Sequence record: LT603033.1
Length of the DNA: 64,000 bases
Direction: 5' to 3' (one strand)
Part shown: positions 53,789-62,927 of the stretch, piece after piece
Layout: each line of letters begins with the position of its first letter
How positions within the stretch are numbered: position 1 is the first letter of the stretch
Notes under the pieces: model-generated
Told to the model about the DNA's origin: nothing
The model's database searches: none
What the model saw: the letters and a program-made list of their open reading frames with translations, nothing else
Position numbers and translations under genes: made by a program

Positions 53789-54404
53789 ACATTATAGAAA
53801 AGCCCGAACTGATATTGACATTGACTTCAAGGATAGTAAAAGCGTAATCGCTAAACTTCCATGTGTGCGAAGTACTGAAAAAATTACGGAGGATGGTTTA
53901 ATCCCCCATAATAGTGGTGTTCATTTTGATAATATACCTATTGATCCAATCACTGGATTGGCAAGTATACAATATAAAGAAGCTGAAAGGTTAGGGTATC
54001 AAAAAGTTGATATTCTTTCACAGTCAGCTTACATGTATGTTCGTGATAGAGAGCATTTAAAAGAACTAATGAATCAGGAACCAAATTGGGATCTATTGTT
54101 AGAACCCGAAATTGTAGAACATCTATCGCAAATTAAAAAACATGTAACTTTATTAAATGTATGGAAGCCTAAATCTATAGACGAACTAGCAATGTTTATT
54201 GCAATGATTCGCCCAGGAAAAAGGCAGTGCCAAAGTATGAACACATGGGACGAAGTTAAAGCTACCATATGGGATTATAGTACTATAGGCACTGACCAAG
54301 CAGGAAATAAATTACGATATTTCAAAAAGCCACATGCTTACGCATATAGCTTAATGATTGTTGTACAACTAAATGCTTTAGTTGAACATCTTACTTCTTC
54401 TTAA
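53766..54404 (+). CDS. Minimal DNA polymerase III alpha (DnaE, family C)-like protein
   Basis: TDIDIDF, PHNSG, GYQKVDIL, PKSIDELAMFIAMIRPG and FKKPHAYAY match DnaE palm/finger motifs; only 212 aa. Confidence 0.8.
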   Translation: MQDSTDSKHYRKARTDIDIDFKDSKSVIAKLPCVRSTEKITEDGLIPHNSGVHFDNIPIDPITGLASIQYKEAERLGYQKVDILSQSAYMYVRDREHLKELMNQEPNWDLLLEPEIVEHLSQIKKHVTLLNVWKPKSIDELAMFIAMIRPGKRQCQSMNTWDEVKATIWDYSTIGTDQAGNKLRYFKKPHAYAYSLMIVVQLNALVEHLTSS

Positions 54405-54744
54405 GAGCCACATTACGACGCTTGATGCGTTTCTGTGGCAAATTGCTTAAAGAAACTACTGGACCACATACGAAATTCACCGACGGTGTATCGAATCTCT
54501 GTGTGTACGGTTCAAATTTCTCCATCTCTTCTTGAAAGAATAGACAAACTGGAATGGTTCTATTACTTTGCCACCACCAATCGTGTGCTATACCTAACAA
54601 TTCGTCTTGCATTGAATCATCCATATCATCGAAACAGTAAAGAGTTGTATACTGTTTGCTTTTGATTTTGATGATACCAACAAACGTTTTACCATCATAC
54701 TGGATTACAGTAATGAATGGTGGAATAGTGTTATATTGATTCAT
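54391..54744 (-). CDS. Hypothetical protein
   Basis: 117 aa with WWWQSNRTIPVCLFF...GPVVSL...KRIKRR; has its own late-promoter motif. Confidence 0.6.
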   Translation of the reverse strand: MNQYNTIPPFITVIQYDGKTFVGIIKIKSKQYTTLYCFDDMDDSMQDELLGIAHDWWWQSNRTIPVCLFFQEEMEKFEPYTQRFDTPSVNFVCGPVVSLSNLPQKRIKRRNVALKKK

Positions 54745-54751
54745 ATTAGTT

Positions 54752-54790
54752 CCATAAATATTAGTATAAATTTATACCTATTATTTATGG
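54752..54790. promoter_or_regulatory. Nested palindrome containing face-to-face late promoters
   Basis: CCATAAATA (54752-60) ... GTATAAATTTATAC (54764-77) ... TATTTATGG (54782-90). Confidence 0.6.
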
Positions 54791-54801
54791 AAGGAAAAAC
54801 T

Positions 54802-55779
54802 ATGGCTCATCACGGCGTGTTTATGTACCCTTATAATCAGGAAGTATCATTGGGCAATTTTAATATGCCATATAGCAATGAAAAACTAACTATATATAGA
54901 GGGGCAAATAATAATTTATCTTTTACTGTTCACAACGCTGATGGAAAATATACTTTATTGAAAGATAATGAATATCTTACATTTATGATTTTTGATGCAC
55001 GAAATAATACTAAACTATTTGATGTTGTATTAGAAAAACAAGAACCCAGTTGGTTATCAGAAAGTGGACAAGCAAGACAAACATTAGGAAATAAAAAGAA
55101 AGTATATTATGGATGTATTGTTCCAGCAGGAGTTATTCAAGATACCAGTCCTGGTTCAAAATATAGATGGAGCATTACTAAAGTAACAATGGATGGTTCA
55201 CTTATAGAACCAACACAATATCTATATACAGGGATGAACTTTGAGGCATCAGCAGAGCTAATAATTTCAGACCAAGCAGCACCTGTATTTGTCCCCAGTA
55301 CTGAAATATCAGTTAATAAAAATCCAGCATGGACAACTATAAAGCGTTTATATCATGAACCAATTGGAAATGGTATGATTGGTGAATATGATATTCTCGC
55401 ATCAACTCCACTACCAGCACAAATGCAGTTTGGATTAGTAGATGGATTAAGTAGTATTGCAATCTATTTTGATAAATTTATTGGTAGAATACAGCTACAA
55501 GGGTGCTTGTGTAACAACGTACCTAATGATAATGAAAACTATAAATGGTTTATTATTAAATTAGATGGAAAGGATTATATTGAAAATGGAATTGATTCAG
55601 AAGGTTTTCCAAAAGAACTTGACGGAATACAAGCATTTAATTTTAAAGGAAATTATATGTGGTTACGTTTGGTGGTTGCTATTCATCCCAAAATTGTTCC
55701 AGTACCATATGACTATGCTGCTGTCCGAAAAGTGTATGACCCTTTCCTAACAGTACCTAAAATTTTGATACGTAGATGA
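54802..55779 (+). CDS. Hypothetical late (probably virion) protein
   Basis: Start moved to ATG 54802 (AAGGA RBS); LTIYRGANNNLSFTVHNADGK; beta-rich. Confidence 0.55.
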   Translation: MAHHGVFMYPYNQEVSLGNFNMPYSNEKLTIYRGANNNLSFTVHNADGKYTLLKDNEYLTFMIFDARNNTKLFDVVLEKQEPSWLSESGQARQTLGNKKKVYYGCIVPAGVIQDTSPGSKYRWSITKVTMDGSLIEPTQYLYTGMNFEASAELIISDQAAPVFVPSTEISVNKNPAWTTIKRLYHEPIGNGMIGEYDILASTPLPAQMQFGLVDGLSSIAIYFDKFIGRIQLQGCLCNNVPNDNENYKWFIIKLDGKDYIENGIDSEGFPKELDGIQAFNFKGNYMWLRLVVAIHPKIVPVPYDYAAVRKVYDPFLTVPKILIRR

Positions 55780-55805
55780 GACAAAACTAGAAGGTGTGCT
55801 ATAAT
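55777..55805 (+). promoter_or_regulatory. YGRGACA-N16-TATAAT class promoter (primase-helicase)
   Basis: TGAGACA-AAACTAGAAGGTGTGC-TATAAT. Confidence 0.7.
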
Positions 55806-55834
55806 CATTTGTAAGAAAAGACAAGGATTAACTT

Positions 55835-56890
55835 ATGAACGCTGTACAAAACATAATGGCACAAATTATGAATGATCCAGTACCTGCGATTGGTACATGG
55901 TCACAACACAACTGTCCAGCTTGTGTGTTCAGAGGACATTCAAGGCCGGATACAAAGCACCGTGGTAATCATATGTTCAATGCAGATGGTTCCGTTTCAT
56001 ATAACTGCTTTAACTGTAGTTTAAAAACTGGTTGGCAACCAGGAAAATATATGAGCAAAGATATGGAGTCTTTGCTCATTTCTTTTGGTGCACAAGATAA
56101 AGAAATAGAATTAGTTAAGTTTTATATTAAAGAAATGGTTGACAGCGGTGATTTTGCTGCACAAGAAACTGTTGCATCAAAATTGTATGACCGAGTAACA
56201 GTACGTGATTTGCCATCAAATGCAAAAACATTTTGGGAATGGGCTTCTTTACCTGAAGATAAAATTCCACAAGAATTTATAAGTGTTTTGCATAATGTCA
56301 ATGAAAGAAACCCATATCTGTTAGACTTAGAATTATATTGGTCACCTAATAAAGAACATAAAATGTATGACAGATTTATTATTCCATATTTCATGAATGG
56401 TAAAATTATTGGTTATACTGCACGACATAAATTAAAAGATCCTGGAAGTACATACAGGTTCATAAATCAAGTAAGTACTAATATACTATATAACTATGAT
56501 TTATTAAAAGATGAACGAATAAAAACAATTTTAGTATGTGAGGGTCCGTTAGACGCAGCATTAATGGGTGGTGTATCTGCTAATAACTTTAAATTATCAA
56601 ACGTACAGATTGATGTATTAAAAGATGCACAGCAAAAAGGTAAAAAAATAGTTATTGTTCCAGATAGAGATAAAGATGGATTAATAACTATAGACCAAGC
56701 ACTTGAAAATGGATTCAGTGTTTCCTTCCCAGACTTTGGTGCTGTAAGAGAAGGTAGTACAATACGTCATATCAAAGACTTTGAAGAAGCTTGTGCACGA
56801 TTTGGTAGGTTATTTTGTTTACAATTAATACATGATAGTATAGTAGATGAGCCATTTTATATTAAAGCTCAAACGGATAAATGGATGTAA
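55835..56890 (+). CDS. gp61: DNA primase (gp61/DnaG-type)
   Basis: Zn finger CPAC...CFNC; TOPRIM VCEGPLDA and VPDRDKDG. Confidence 0.82.
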   Translation: MNAVQNIMAQIMNDPVPAIGTWSQHNCPACVFRGHSRPDTKHRGNHMFNADGSVSYNCFNCSLKTGWQPGKYMSKDMESLLISFGAQDKEIELVKFYIKEMVDSGDFAAQETVASKLYDRVTVRDLPSNAKTFWEWASLPEDKIPQEFISVLHNVNERNPYLLDLELYWSPNKEHKMYDRFIIPYFMNGKIIGYTARHKLKDPGSTYRFINQVSTNILYNYDLLKDERIKTILVCEGPLDAALMGGVSANNFKLSNVQIDVLKDAQQKGKKIVIVPDRDKDGLITIDQALENGFSVSFPDFGAVREGSTIRHIKDFEEACARFGRLFCLQLIHDSIVDEPFYIKAQTDKWM

Positions 56891-56912
56891 TACATATAAT
56901 GAGGGAACATAG

Positions 56913-58433
56913 ATGATTCAAAGCACAGTGGATGTGAAACAATATGGGATTAATGCACAACAATACTTATTATCTCAGATTTTCAGTAATCCTGATTTAT
57001 ATGTACGTTGTAAAAATATCCTTAAACCAGAATATTTTGATAAAACATTTCATGAAAGTATTCAATACGTGCATGATTATGCTGCAAAATATAGTTCATC
57101 ACCTACTTTGAAAGATATTGAAGTTAAAGGTGGTTATCAATACGATCAATATGAAGTTCAAGAATTACATAAACAATCAGTACTTGATACCTGTGGTGAA
57201 TTTTGTCGCCATAAAGCATTAGCTTTAGCCGTTGAAAAAGGAATGGAACTTGTCCATCAGAAAAAATATGGTGGAATCGAAGAACTAATCCGAGAAGCAA
57301 TGTTGGTAACGGTACAGAATGAGTTAGGTTTGGATATTTTTGAAAACCCTGAAGATACAATCCGCTCACTCAGTACAATGCAAGGATCATTTAAGAGTGG
57401 TTGGGAAACTCTTGATTACAAACTTTTCGGTGGATTTGGGCGTAGAGAGTTAGAGATCTTTGCTGCTGCATCAGGTGGTGGTAAATCAGTAGTACTGCAA
57501 AATTTAGCAGTTAACTTTGCGAAAGCTGGAATGAATGGTGCATACATTTCACTTGAACTAGCTGAAGAGTTGGTTGCTGTTCGTATCTATGGTATGATGA
57601 CTGAATCAAAACTCAGTAACGTAAAAAATGAAGCTGAAAAGATTGGATTTGCTGTTAAAGTTGAAGGTAAAAACAGTGGTATGTTGCGTATTAAACGCTT
57701 ACCTGAATCTGTAACAACCACAGACGATATTGAAAGTTATCTACGTGAATTACAAATTAAGATGGAAATCAAACTTGATTATGTATGCGTGGACTATTTG
57801 GATCTATTAACTTCTAATCGTCTTGGACCAAATGATAAATCCAATACATTTACTAAAGATAAATTTGTATCAGAAGAATTACGTGCTCTTGCATCCAAAA
57901 TGGATTTGACTGTTTTCACTGCATCTCAGTTTAACCGTAGTGGTATGGACGAAGATAAGAAAAGTCAAAGTCAGATTGCTGGTGGTATTTCAAAAATTTA
58001 TACTGCTGATAACGTAATTTATATTGAAGCAAAAAAAGAAACTGGCGAACTATGGTTTGATTTCCAAAAAACACGTAACAGTAGTGCAGTAGGTTCCCGT
58101 TTGCGTATGTCATATGATATTGATTCATTGAGAGTTCTTGACCACGCAACTACAGTACAACAAATGGAAACCGAAGGTAATGGATTCCGTCACAGCGGTG
58201 TTTCTAAGATTGGTGGAGGGAACATGGCGTTACCACCCAGCACTATGCAAACATTACGTCATTCGCTTTCTGGTGCAGCTAAATCACCATCTGTGCAACC
58301 TGACAATACAGTAACACTAAATACTGATAGTGCTCCTAACTCTACGACACAAAACGAAATACAGAATCCACAGACACATGCTGGTACTGATCGTGTTCAT
58401 GCAATGAAGCAATGGTTAAATCAAAGGAAATGA
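56913..58433 (+). CDS. gp41: Replicative helicase (gp41/DnaB-type)
   Basis: ASGGGKS Walker A; YISLEL; CVDYLDL; SEELRALA; TASQFNRSG; QKTRNS; low-complexity C-terminal tail. Confidence 0.92.
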   Translation: MIQSTVDVKQYGINAQQYLLSQIFSNPDLYVRCKNILKPEYFDKTFHESIQYVHDYAAKYSSSPTLKDIEVKGGYQYDQYEVQELHKQSVLDTCGEFCRHKALALAVEKGMELVHQKKYGGIEELIREAMLVTVQNELGLDIFENPEDTIRSLSTMQGSFKSGWETLDYKLFGGFGRRELEIFAAASGGGKSVVLQNLAVNFAKAGMNGAYISLELAEELVAVRIYGMMTESKLSNVKNEAEKIGFAVKVEGKNSGMLRIKRLPESVTTTDDIESYLRELQIKMEIKLDYVCVDYLDLLTSNRLGPNDKSNTFTKDKFVSEELRALASKMDLTVFTASQFNRSGMDEDKKSQSQIAGGISKIYTADNVIYIEAKKETGELWFDFQKTRNSSAVGSRLRMSYDIDSLRVLDHATTVQQMETEGNGFRHSGVSKIGGGNMALPPSTMQTLRHSLSGAAKSPSVQPDNTVTLNTDSAPNSTTQNEIQNPQTHAGTDRVHAMKQWLNQRK

Positions 58434-58436
58434 TAA

Positions 58437-58709
58437 ATGTCTAGTAAATCCAATAAAAAGAATCTACTTGATAGTATAGTTGACTATACGCCAGAGAAAG
58501 ATACATTACAGAGTTTTAGTAATCGTGCCGACCACGCAATAAACTCTGTGATTCATTTATTGGAGAGCATTGAAGATGAGTTTAACCAAACTGATGCTGA
58601 AGATTTAAAAAAACGCTTATTTCTAAGTATAAAAAACCGAGATTATAAAAAGTTTCAAAAAGGGTTAGAGAATATAGCACTTGATGAAAAACGTAATAAA
58701 GGAAATTAA
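58437..58709 (+). CDS. Hypothetical protein
   Basis: 90 aa; NRADHAINSVIHLLESI...LKKRLFLSIKNRDYKKF. Confidence 0.6.
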   Translation: MSSKSNKKNLLDSIVDYTPEKDTLQSFSNRADHAINSVIHLLESIEDEFNQTDAEDLKKRLFLSIKNRDYKKFQKGLENIALDEKRNKGN

Positions 58710-58710
58710 T

Positions 58711-58875
58711 ATGAAGAAAAAGAATATCAAAGAAAATGCATCTTCTGGAGCTACTTCAGCAGGTGCTATTGCATCAGTCAGTACTGGTTTACATTATCCA
58801 TTACATCGTAGATTGCCTCCTACTAACTTCTTTGGATACAAAGTCGTAGAGAAAAAAGATAAGGACAAAGAATGA
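58711..58875 (+). CDS. Small protein carrying a copy of the MCP N-terminal motif
   Basis: Start moved to ATG 58711 (AAGGA RBS); 54 aa; IKENASSGATSAGAIA. Confidence 0.6.
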   Translation: MKKKNIKENASSGATSAGAIASVSTGLHYPLHRRLPPTNFFGYKVVEKKDKDKE

Positions 58876-59264
58876 AACCATATACATTCTACACAATTCA
58901 CACTGTAGTAGATATTGGTGATGGTAAAACCCCAACAATCATAGATTCTAAGTTCACTGGTGCTATGAACTTGTCTAGGTTGTTGGAAGCTATTATGGTA
59001 TATGACTATCCAATGATGGTAAGCGTTGTTAAAAATGAAGTCGATTTATATAAAGATAATAATTCATCTTTTTATAACATGCCAATTTCTTGGGGAAAAT
59101 GTACCATAAGCACATTCAAATTCGCATTACCAATGGATGTCGAACTTCGTTTGAATGGTATACCATTGGTTCTACCAACCGAATTAAATGGAAAACGAAT
59201 AACAAAATTTATCACATCTGGTGATGATATTAACATTAGCATCAGCAAACAGACCTTTTCTTAA
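58872..59264 (+). CDS. Hypothetical protein
   Basis: 130 aa, coupled by ATGA overlap. Confidence 0.6.
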   Translation: MKPYTFYTIHTVVDIGDGKTPTIIDSKFTGAMNLSRLLEAIMVYDYPMMVSVVKNEVDLYKDNNSSFYNMPISWGKCTISTFKFALPMDVELRLNGIPLVLPTELNGKRITKFITSGDDINISISKQTFS

Positions 59265-59320
59265 TTGTGATAAATATCATAAAGCAAGACAGAGGTCTTT
59301 TTATTTTATATGGAGAAATT

Positions 59321-60265
59321 ATGGATATAAACCAAACAGCAACTGAACTTCAAAAGTTCGCAGATGCACATAATTTGAATGTTGATGTTTCTGTTATTCT
59401 TGATAATATGGATGCAGGTGATTTTATCACTTTAAATTCTGCGATTGATAATTCTGACAATCGTGAAATATTCCAAATTTTACAAAAATACAAAGCACAG
59501 ATGAGTGAATGTTATAATTATTTTAGTACTAAAAATGTTAACAAACATATTAATGAAAGCACTGAACTTCATAGTATTGTTGATTCAATGTCACTAAAGC
59601 AATTAGCAGAAGAGTATCATAAAAATTATACATATTCAGATATAACAAAACTAACCACACAAGAATTAAAAGCAATTGTATTTGAAGATTTACAAAATCA
59701 AGCCACACAAATGCAAGCAAAACAAATTGCTAAAATGAATGTTTCTCAGGGTCAACAACAAGTCAATCCACAAACTCAAGCTAAAATGAAACAAGCTGAG
59801 TTGCAAAGAAATGCTAATAATATGAAAGTTAGTGTTCCTGGTACACAAAGCGGGACAGATTCGGTTGAACCTGTAGTTGGTGTTGACCCAGGACAAACAC
59901 CGGAGCAATCATTAGTTATTACTAAAAGTGGGACTAAGCCAAATGAGTTGAACGTTTTTCCTTTGAGTGATGTTAATCCTATTGATAATCAAAATAATCC
60001 AATTCGTGAAGAAAAATCTCCACAAGAAATTAACAGTGAACTTATGGCTAATTCCAGTTTAGAGCCTGATAGTAATCCTGATACACCATCACCATTGTCA
60101 CATCACGCACCTGGTATGGGCGAAATGATACATGCAATTTCTGATATTGAAAAAGAAGATGATATCTATGGTGATGAAAGTGTTATGGCAAACACATCAC
60201 AATCTGATAATGATGACATGGTAGACCAAATTATCGATTTCTGTCATCGTATGCGAGGTCGTTAA
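59321..60265 (+). CDS. Probable internal head protein, Gln-rich
   Basis: Start moved to ATG 59321 (GGAG RBS); late motif GATAAATA at 59269-59276; INES motif. Confidence 0.5.
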   Translation: MDINQTATELQKFADAHNLNVDVSVILDNMDAGDFITLNSAIDNSDNREIFQILQKYKAQMSECYNYFSTKNVNKHINESTELHSIVDSMSLKQLAEEYHKNYTYSDITKLTTQELKAIVFEDLQNQATQMQAKQIAKMNVSQGQQQVNPQTQAKMKQAELQRNANNMKVSVPGTQSGTDSVEPVVGVDPGQTPEQSLVITKSGTKPNELNVFPLSDVNPIDNQNNPIREEKSPQEINSELMANSSLEPDSNPDTPSPLSHHAPGMGEMIHAISDIEKEDDIYGDESVMANTSQSDNDDMVDQIIDFCHRMRGR

Positions 60266-60483
60266 TGAGAACAGTACTAAATGTGCATGGTCACAATACA
60301 ATGGTTTCTAATGAAGAATATAAACTATTACAAAAGATAAAAGCACGCGGTACTGTTCCAGTTGAAAAGGTAAATGAATATTATCAGGAATTAGCTGATA
60401 AGATGGTATCACGTGGTGTTCTAAATAAAATAGAAAATGATGACGGTACTGAATCTTACCAAACAGTTAGGAGTAGTAAATGA
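60265..60483 (+). CDS. Hypothetical protein
   Basis: 72 aa, coupled on both sides. Confidence 0.6.
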   Translation: MRTVLNVHGHNTMVSNEEYKLLQKIKARGTVPVEKVNEYYQELADKMVSRGVLNKIENDDGTESYQTVRSSK

Positions 60484-61151
60484 ATTACGAATATGATCAA
60501 CAATCAGTTAATCAGATGGCTGATTTGTTAAGTGGATTGAATGACATTGAAGCTGGTGAAACACATAACGCATCGGGGGTTCCATATAAAACTGGTGGTG
60601 ATATCGGTGCTATGGCTTCTATTTTAACTTCATTAAATGAAGCAGGTATGGATTATGGTGAACCACAACATCCACATATGGTTCAATACAATTCTCCGTA
60701 TAATGAACATTTATCAGGGAATTCACCAGTACCTTCGCCACGACCATCACAAGCACCTCTTAAACCAAAAACTAATTGGAGTTTAGTGGAAGAAAAAGTA
60801 CAAGGTACTAAATCTACTAAAGTTTATAGCATTAAGTGTAATCATAGTTCACAAATTATCATGAATAATATTATGATGTATGAAGCAGCACTTACATTAG
60901 TTAATCTTCTTAATGAAGGAAGAATGTTGACAGATGCAAAAGTACTTGGTATAATCAGTTCGGGTCTTCAATACACGAATGTGATTAGTGAAGCATTGAA
61001 AGCAGCCCAGAAACGTCAACGCGTACTTAATGAATCGAAGTATGATGAAGCAAAAGATTTAGATATAATTATTGCAGAAAAGAAAGCTGAAGCGTATAAA
61101 TTAAAAGAGCGTGTATTAAACTTTCTAAAAGGCGAAGGTTATATAAAGTAA
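60480..61151 (+). CDS. Probable internal head protein
   Basis: 223 aa; LNEA, LNEG and LNES motifs. Confidence 0.5.
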   Translation: MNYEYDQQSVNQMADLLSGLNDIEAGETHNASGVPYKTGGDIGAMASILTSLNEAGMDYGEPQHPHMVQYNSPYNEHLSGNSPVPSPRPSQAPLKPKTNWSLVEEKVQGTKSTKVYSIKCNHSSQIIMNNIMMYEAALTLVNLLNEGRMLTDAKVLGIISSGLQYTNVISEALKAAQKRQRVLNESKYDEAKDLDIIIAEKKAEAYKLKERVLNFLKGEGYIK

Positions 61152-61183
61152 ATAAATGAGTGATATTTTATAAGGAAATACAA

Positions 61184-61816
61184 ATGTCAAAATATAAAAA
61201 ACTAATGGAAGCAGCTTCTCGTGCAGAAGCTATGAAGTTTATTCAACTAAATGAATCTAATATTGAAAAAGCAGAAATTGTTCTTTCAGTAAAAGGTGAG
61301 ATTGTGGATAAACTCCAACGTCAATCTGAGGTTATTAACAACATGGGTGTTGACGTACTAGGCCCATTACTTGACCGTATTAAAGCCGAGCAAGGTCTAG
61401 ATGCTGCACAAAATTTTAGTGATAATGTTCGCCATCTACTACAACATGCAGTTACTACCTTAATGGATGTAAAAGACAAAATCAGTACTGAAACACTTAA
61501 ACTAACTGGTGATATCACTGACGGTCCAGATGTTTCTGATATTGGAAGTGAAGATGTTGATATTGATATTGCAGCAGATACCCCAACTTTTGATATGGAT
61601 GCAGACGCAGACTTTGAAGAAGACATTATCTCTGAGCCAGTACCAACTGAACGTGAAATGAAAGAATCTGTTAAACCAAGTAAAGTTGGTGTAAAAATGG
61701 AAAGTATTCGCGGAACTGTGGGTACTAAATACTTTAGTTCAAAAGAAGAAATGAAAACATGGCTTTCTGAGAATGAAAAGAAAGTTAAACGTGTTCTAGG
61801 ATACGTTAAAAAATAA
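61184..61816 (+). CDS. Probable internal head protein, acidic
   Basis: Start moved to ATG 61184 (AAGGA RBS); LMEA, LNES, MKES, LSEN motifs. Confidence 0.5.
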   Translation: MSKYKKLMEAASRAEAMKFIQLNESNIEKAEIVLSVKGEIVDKLQRQSEVINNMGVDVLGPLLDRIKAEQGLDAAQNFSDNVRHLLQHAVTTLMDVKDKISTETLKLTGDITDGPDVSDIGSEDVDIDIAADTPTFDMDADADFEEDIISEPVPTEREMKESVKPSKVGVKMESIRGTVGTKYFSSKEEMKTWLSENEKKVKRVLGYVKK

Positions 61817-61832
61817 TTAAGGACAATTCTAC

Positions 61833-62168
61833 ATGAGATTTCGTGATCTTACTGAAGAGGCTCCTGGTAAAGATATACGCAATATGATTACTACTATTGC
61901 GTTGTCTTTAGTGTCCACGGGTCGAGAAGAAGTAAATGTTCAATCTTTGATTTCTGAAATTAAAAAGAGAACCAACATCGATGTTCCATACAATGTAATG
62001 ATGGACATTTTGAATTCCCTTCCTTTTGTACAGGATGCTAATTCTGATGTTGTAACTTTTGCAGGAAATTCAGCAGAAGGTTCAGAAGAAGTCGAGCAAG
62101 ATTCTGAAGAGCAAGTTGAAGATTGGGCCACAAAAGCTGCTGTGACAGCAAATAAACAAAAAAACTGA
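61833..62168 (+). CDS. Hypothetical protein (possible head component)
   Basis: 111 aa beginning MRFRDLTEEA. Confidence 0.55.
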   Translation: MRFRDLTEEAPGKDIRNMITTIALSLVSTGREEVNVQSLISEIKKRTNIDVPYNVMMDILNSLPFVQDANSDVVTFAGNSAEGSEEVEQDSEEQVEDWATKAAVTANKQKN

Positions 62169-62194
62169 GACAAATTAAAATATAATGCTATAAT
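62166..62194 (+). promoter_or_regulatory. YGRGACA-N16-TATAAT class promoter (PD-(D/E)XK nuclease)
   Basis: TGAGACA-AATTAAAATATAATGC-TATAAT. Confidence 0.7.
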
Positions 62195-62207
62195 TAGGAG
62201 TACACGG

Positions 62208-62927
62208 ATGTACACACCACCAATTGTTAGCAGATATACATATGTTGGTTACAATAGAATTGAAGGCGGCCCAGAAGGTCGCCTTTATTCAACTCCAACA
62301 GGTAATCTGCCGTCAGTAACAACAATTCTAAGTGCGACCTCGAATGACGAAGGTTTAAAGAAATGGAGAGAATTTGTTGGTGAAGAAAAGGCTAATGAGA
62401 TTACATTAGAAGCATGTACAGTTGGTACTTTTATGCATGAGAACTTGGAATTTAGATTGGAAGGAAAGCCAGACCATGAAGGCGGTATGCCAATTCGAGT
62501 TCTTGCACGTAGAATGGCTGACAAAATTCAGCAAGAAGCATGGCCTAGAATTAATGAAGTATGGGGACAGGAAGTCCCATTGTACTATGAAGGTTTATGG
62601 GCCGGAACAACTGATTTAGTAGGTGTTCATGATGGAATCCCAACCATTATGGATTATAAAAATTCCCGTAAAGTTAAGAAGTGGGGACAAATCGAAAATT
62701 ATCGTATGCAAATTGCAGCATATGCATTAGCCCATAATCAAATGTTTGGTACTAATATAGAACGTGGTGTGATTTTCATCTGTGTAAGAAAAGATCCTAA
62801 CAATCTACAATATCAAGAGTTTGTCATAGAAGGTCAAGACTTCAAAGATGCAGTCAATATGTGGATTGAACGTGTAGAACAATACTATATTTTACGTGGA
62901 GAAATTGAATCAAATGGAGCAGCATAA
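62208..62927 (+). CDS. PD-(D/E)XK exonuclease (Cas4/YqaJ-like phage exonuclease)
   Basis: LPSVTTIL; GTFMHENLE; QEVPL; AGTTDLVG; IMDYKNS; YRMQIAAYA. Confidence 0.85.
   Translation: MYTPPIVSRYTYVGYNRIEGGPEGRLYSTPTGNLPSVTTILSATSNDEGLKKWREFVGEEKANEITLEACTVGTFMHENLEFRLEGKPDHEGGMPIRVLARRMADKIQQEAWPRINEVWGQEVPLYYEGLWAGTTDLVGVHDGIPTIMDYKNSRKVKKWGQIENYRMQIAAYALAHNQMFGTNIERGVIFICVRKDPNNLQYQEFVIEGQDFKDAVNMWIERVEQYYILRGEIESNGAA

Noticed and set aside
62208-62927. Cas4-like nuclease as evidence of a CRISPR-Cas system
   Set aside because: Standalone PD-(D/E)XK exonucleases are common in T4-like phages; no cas genes or array nearby.
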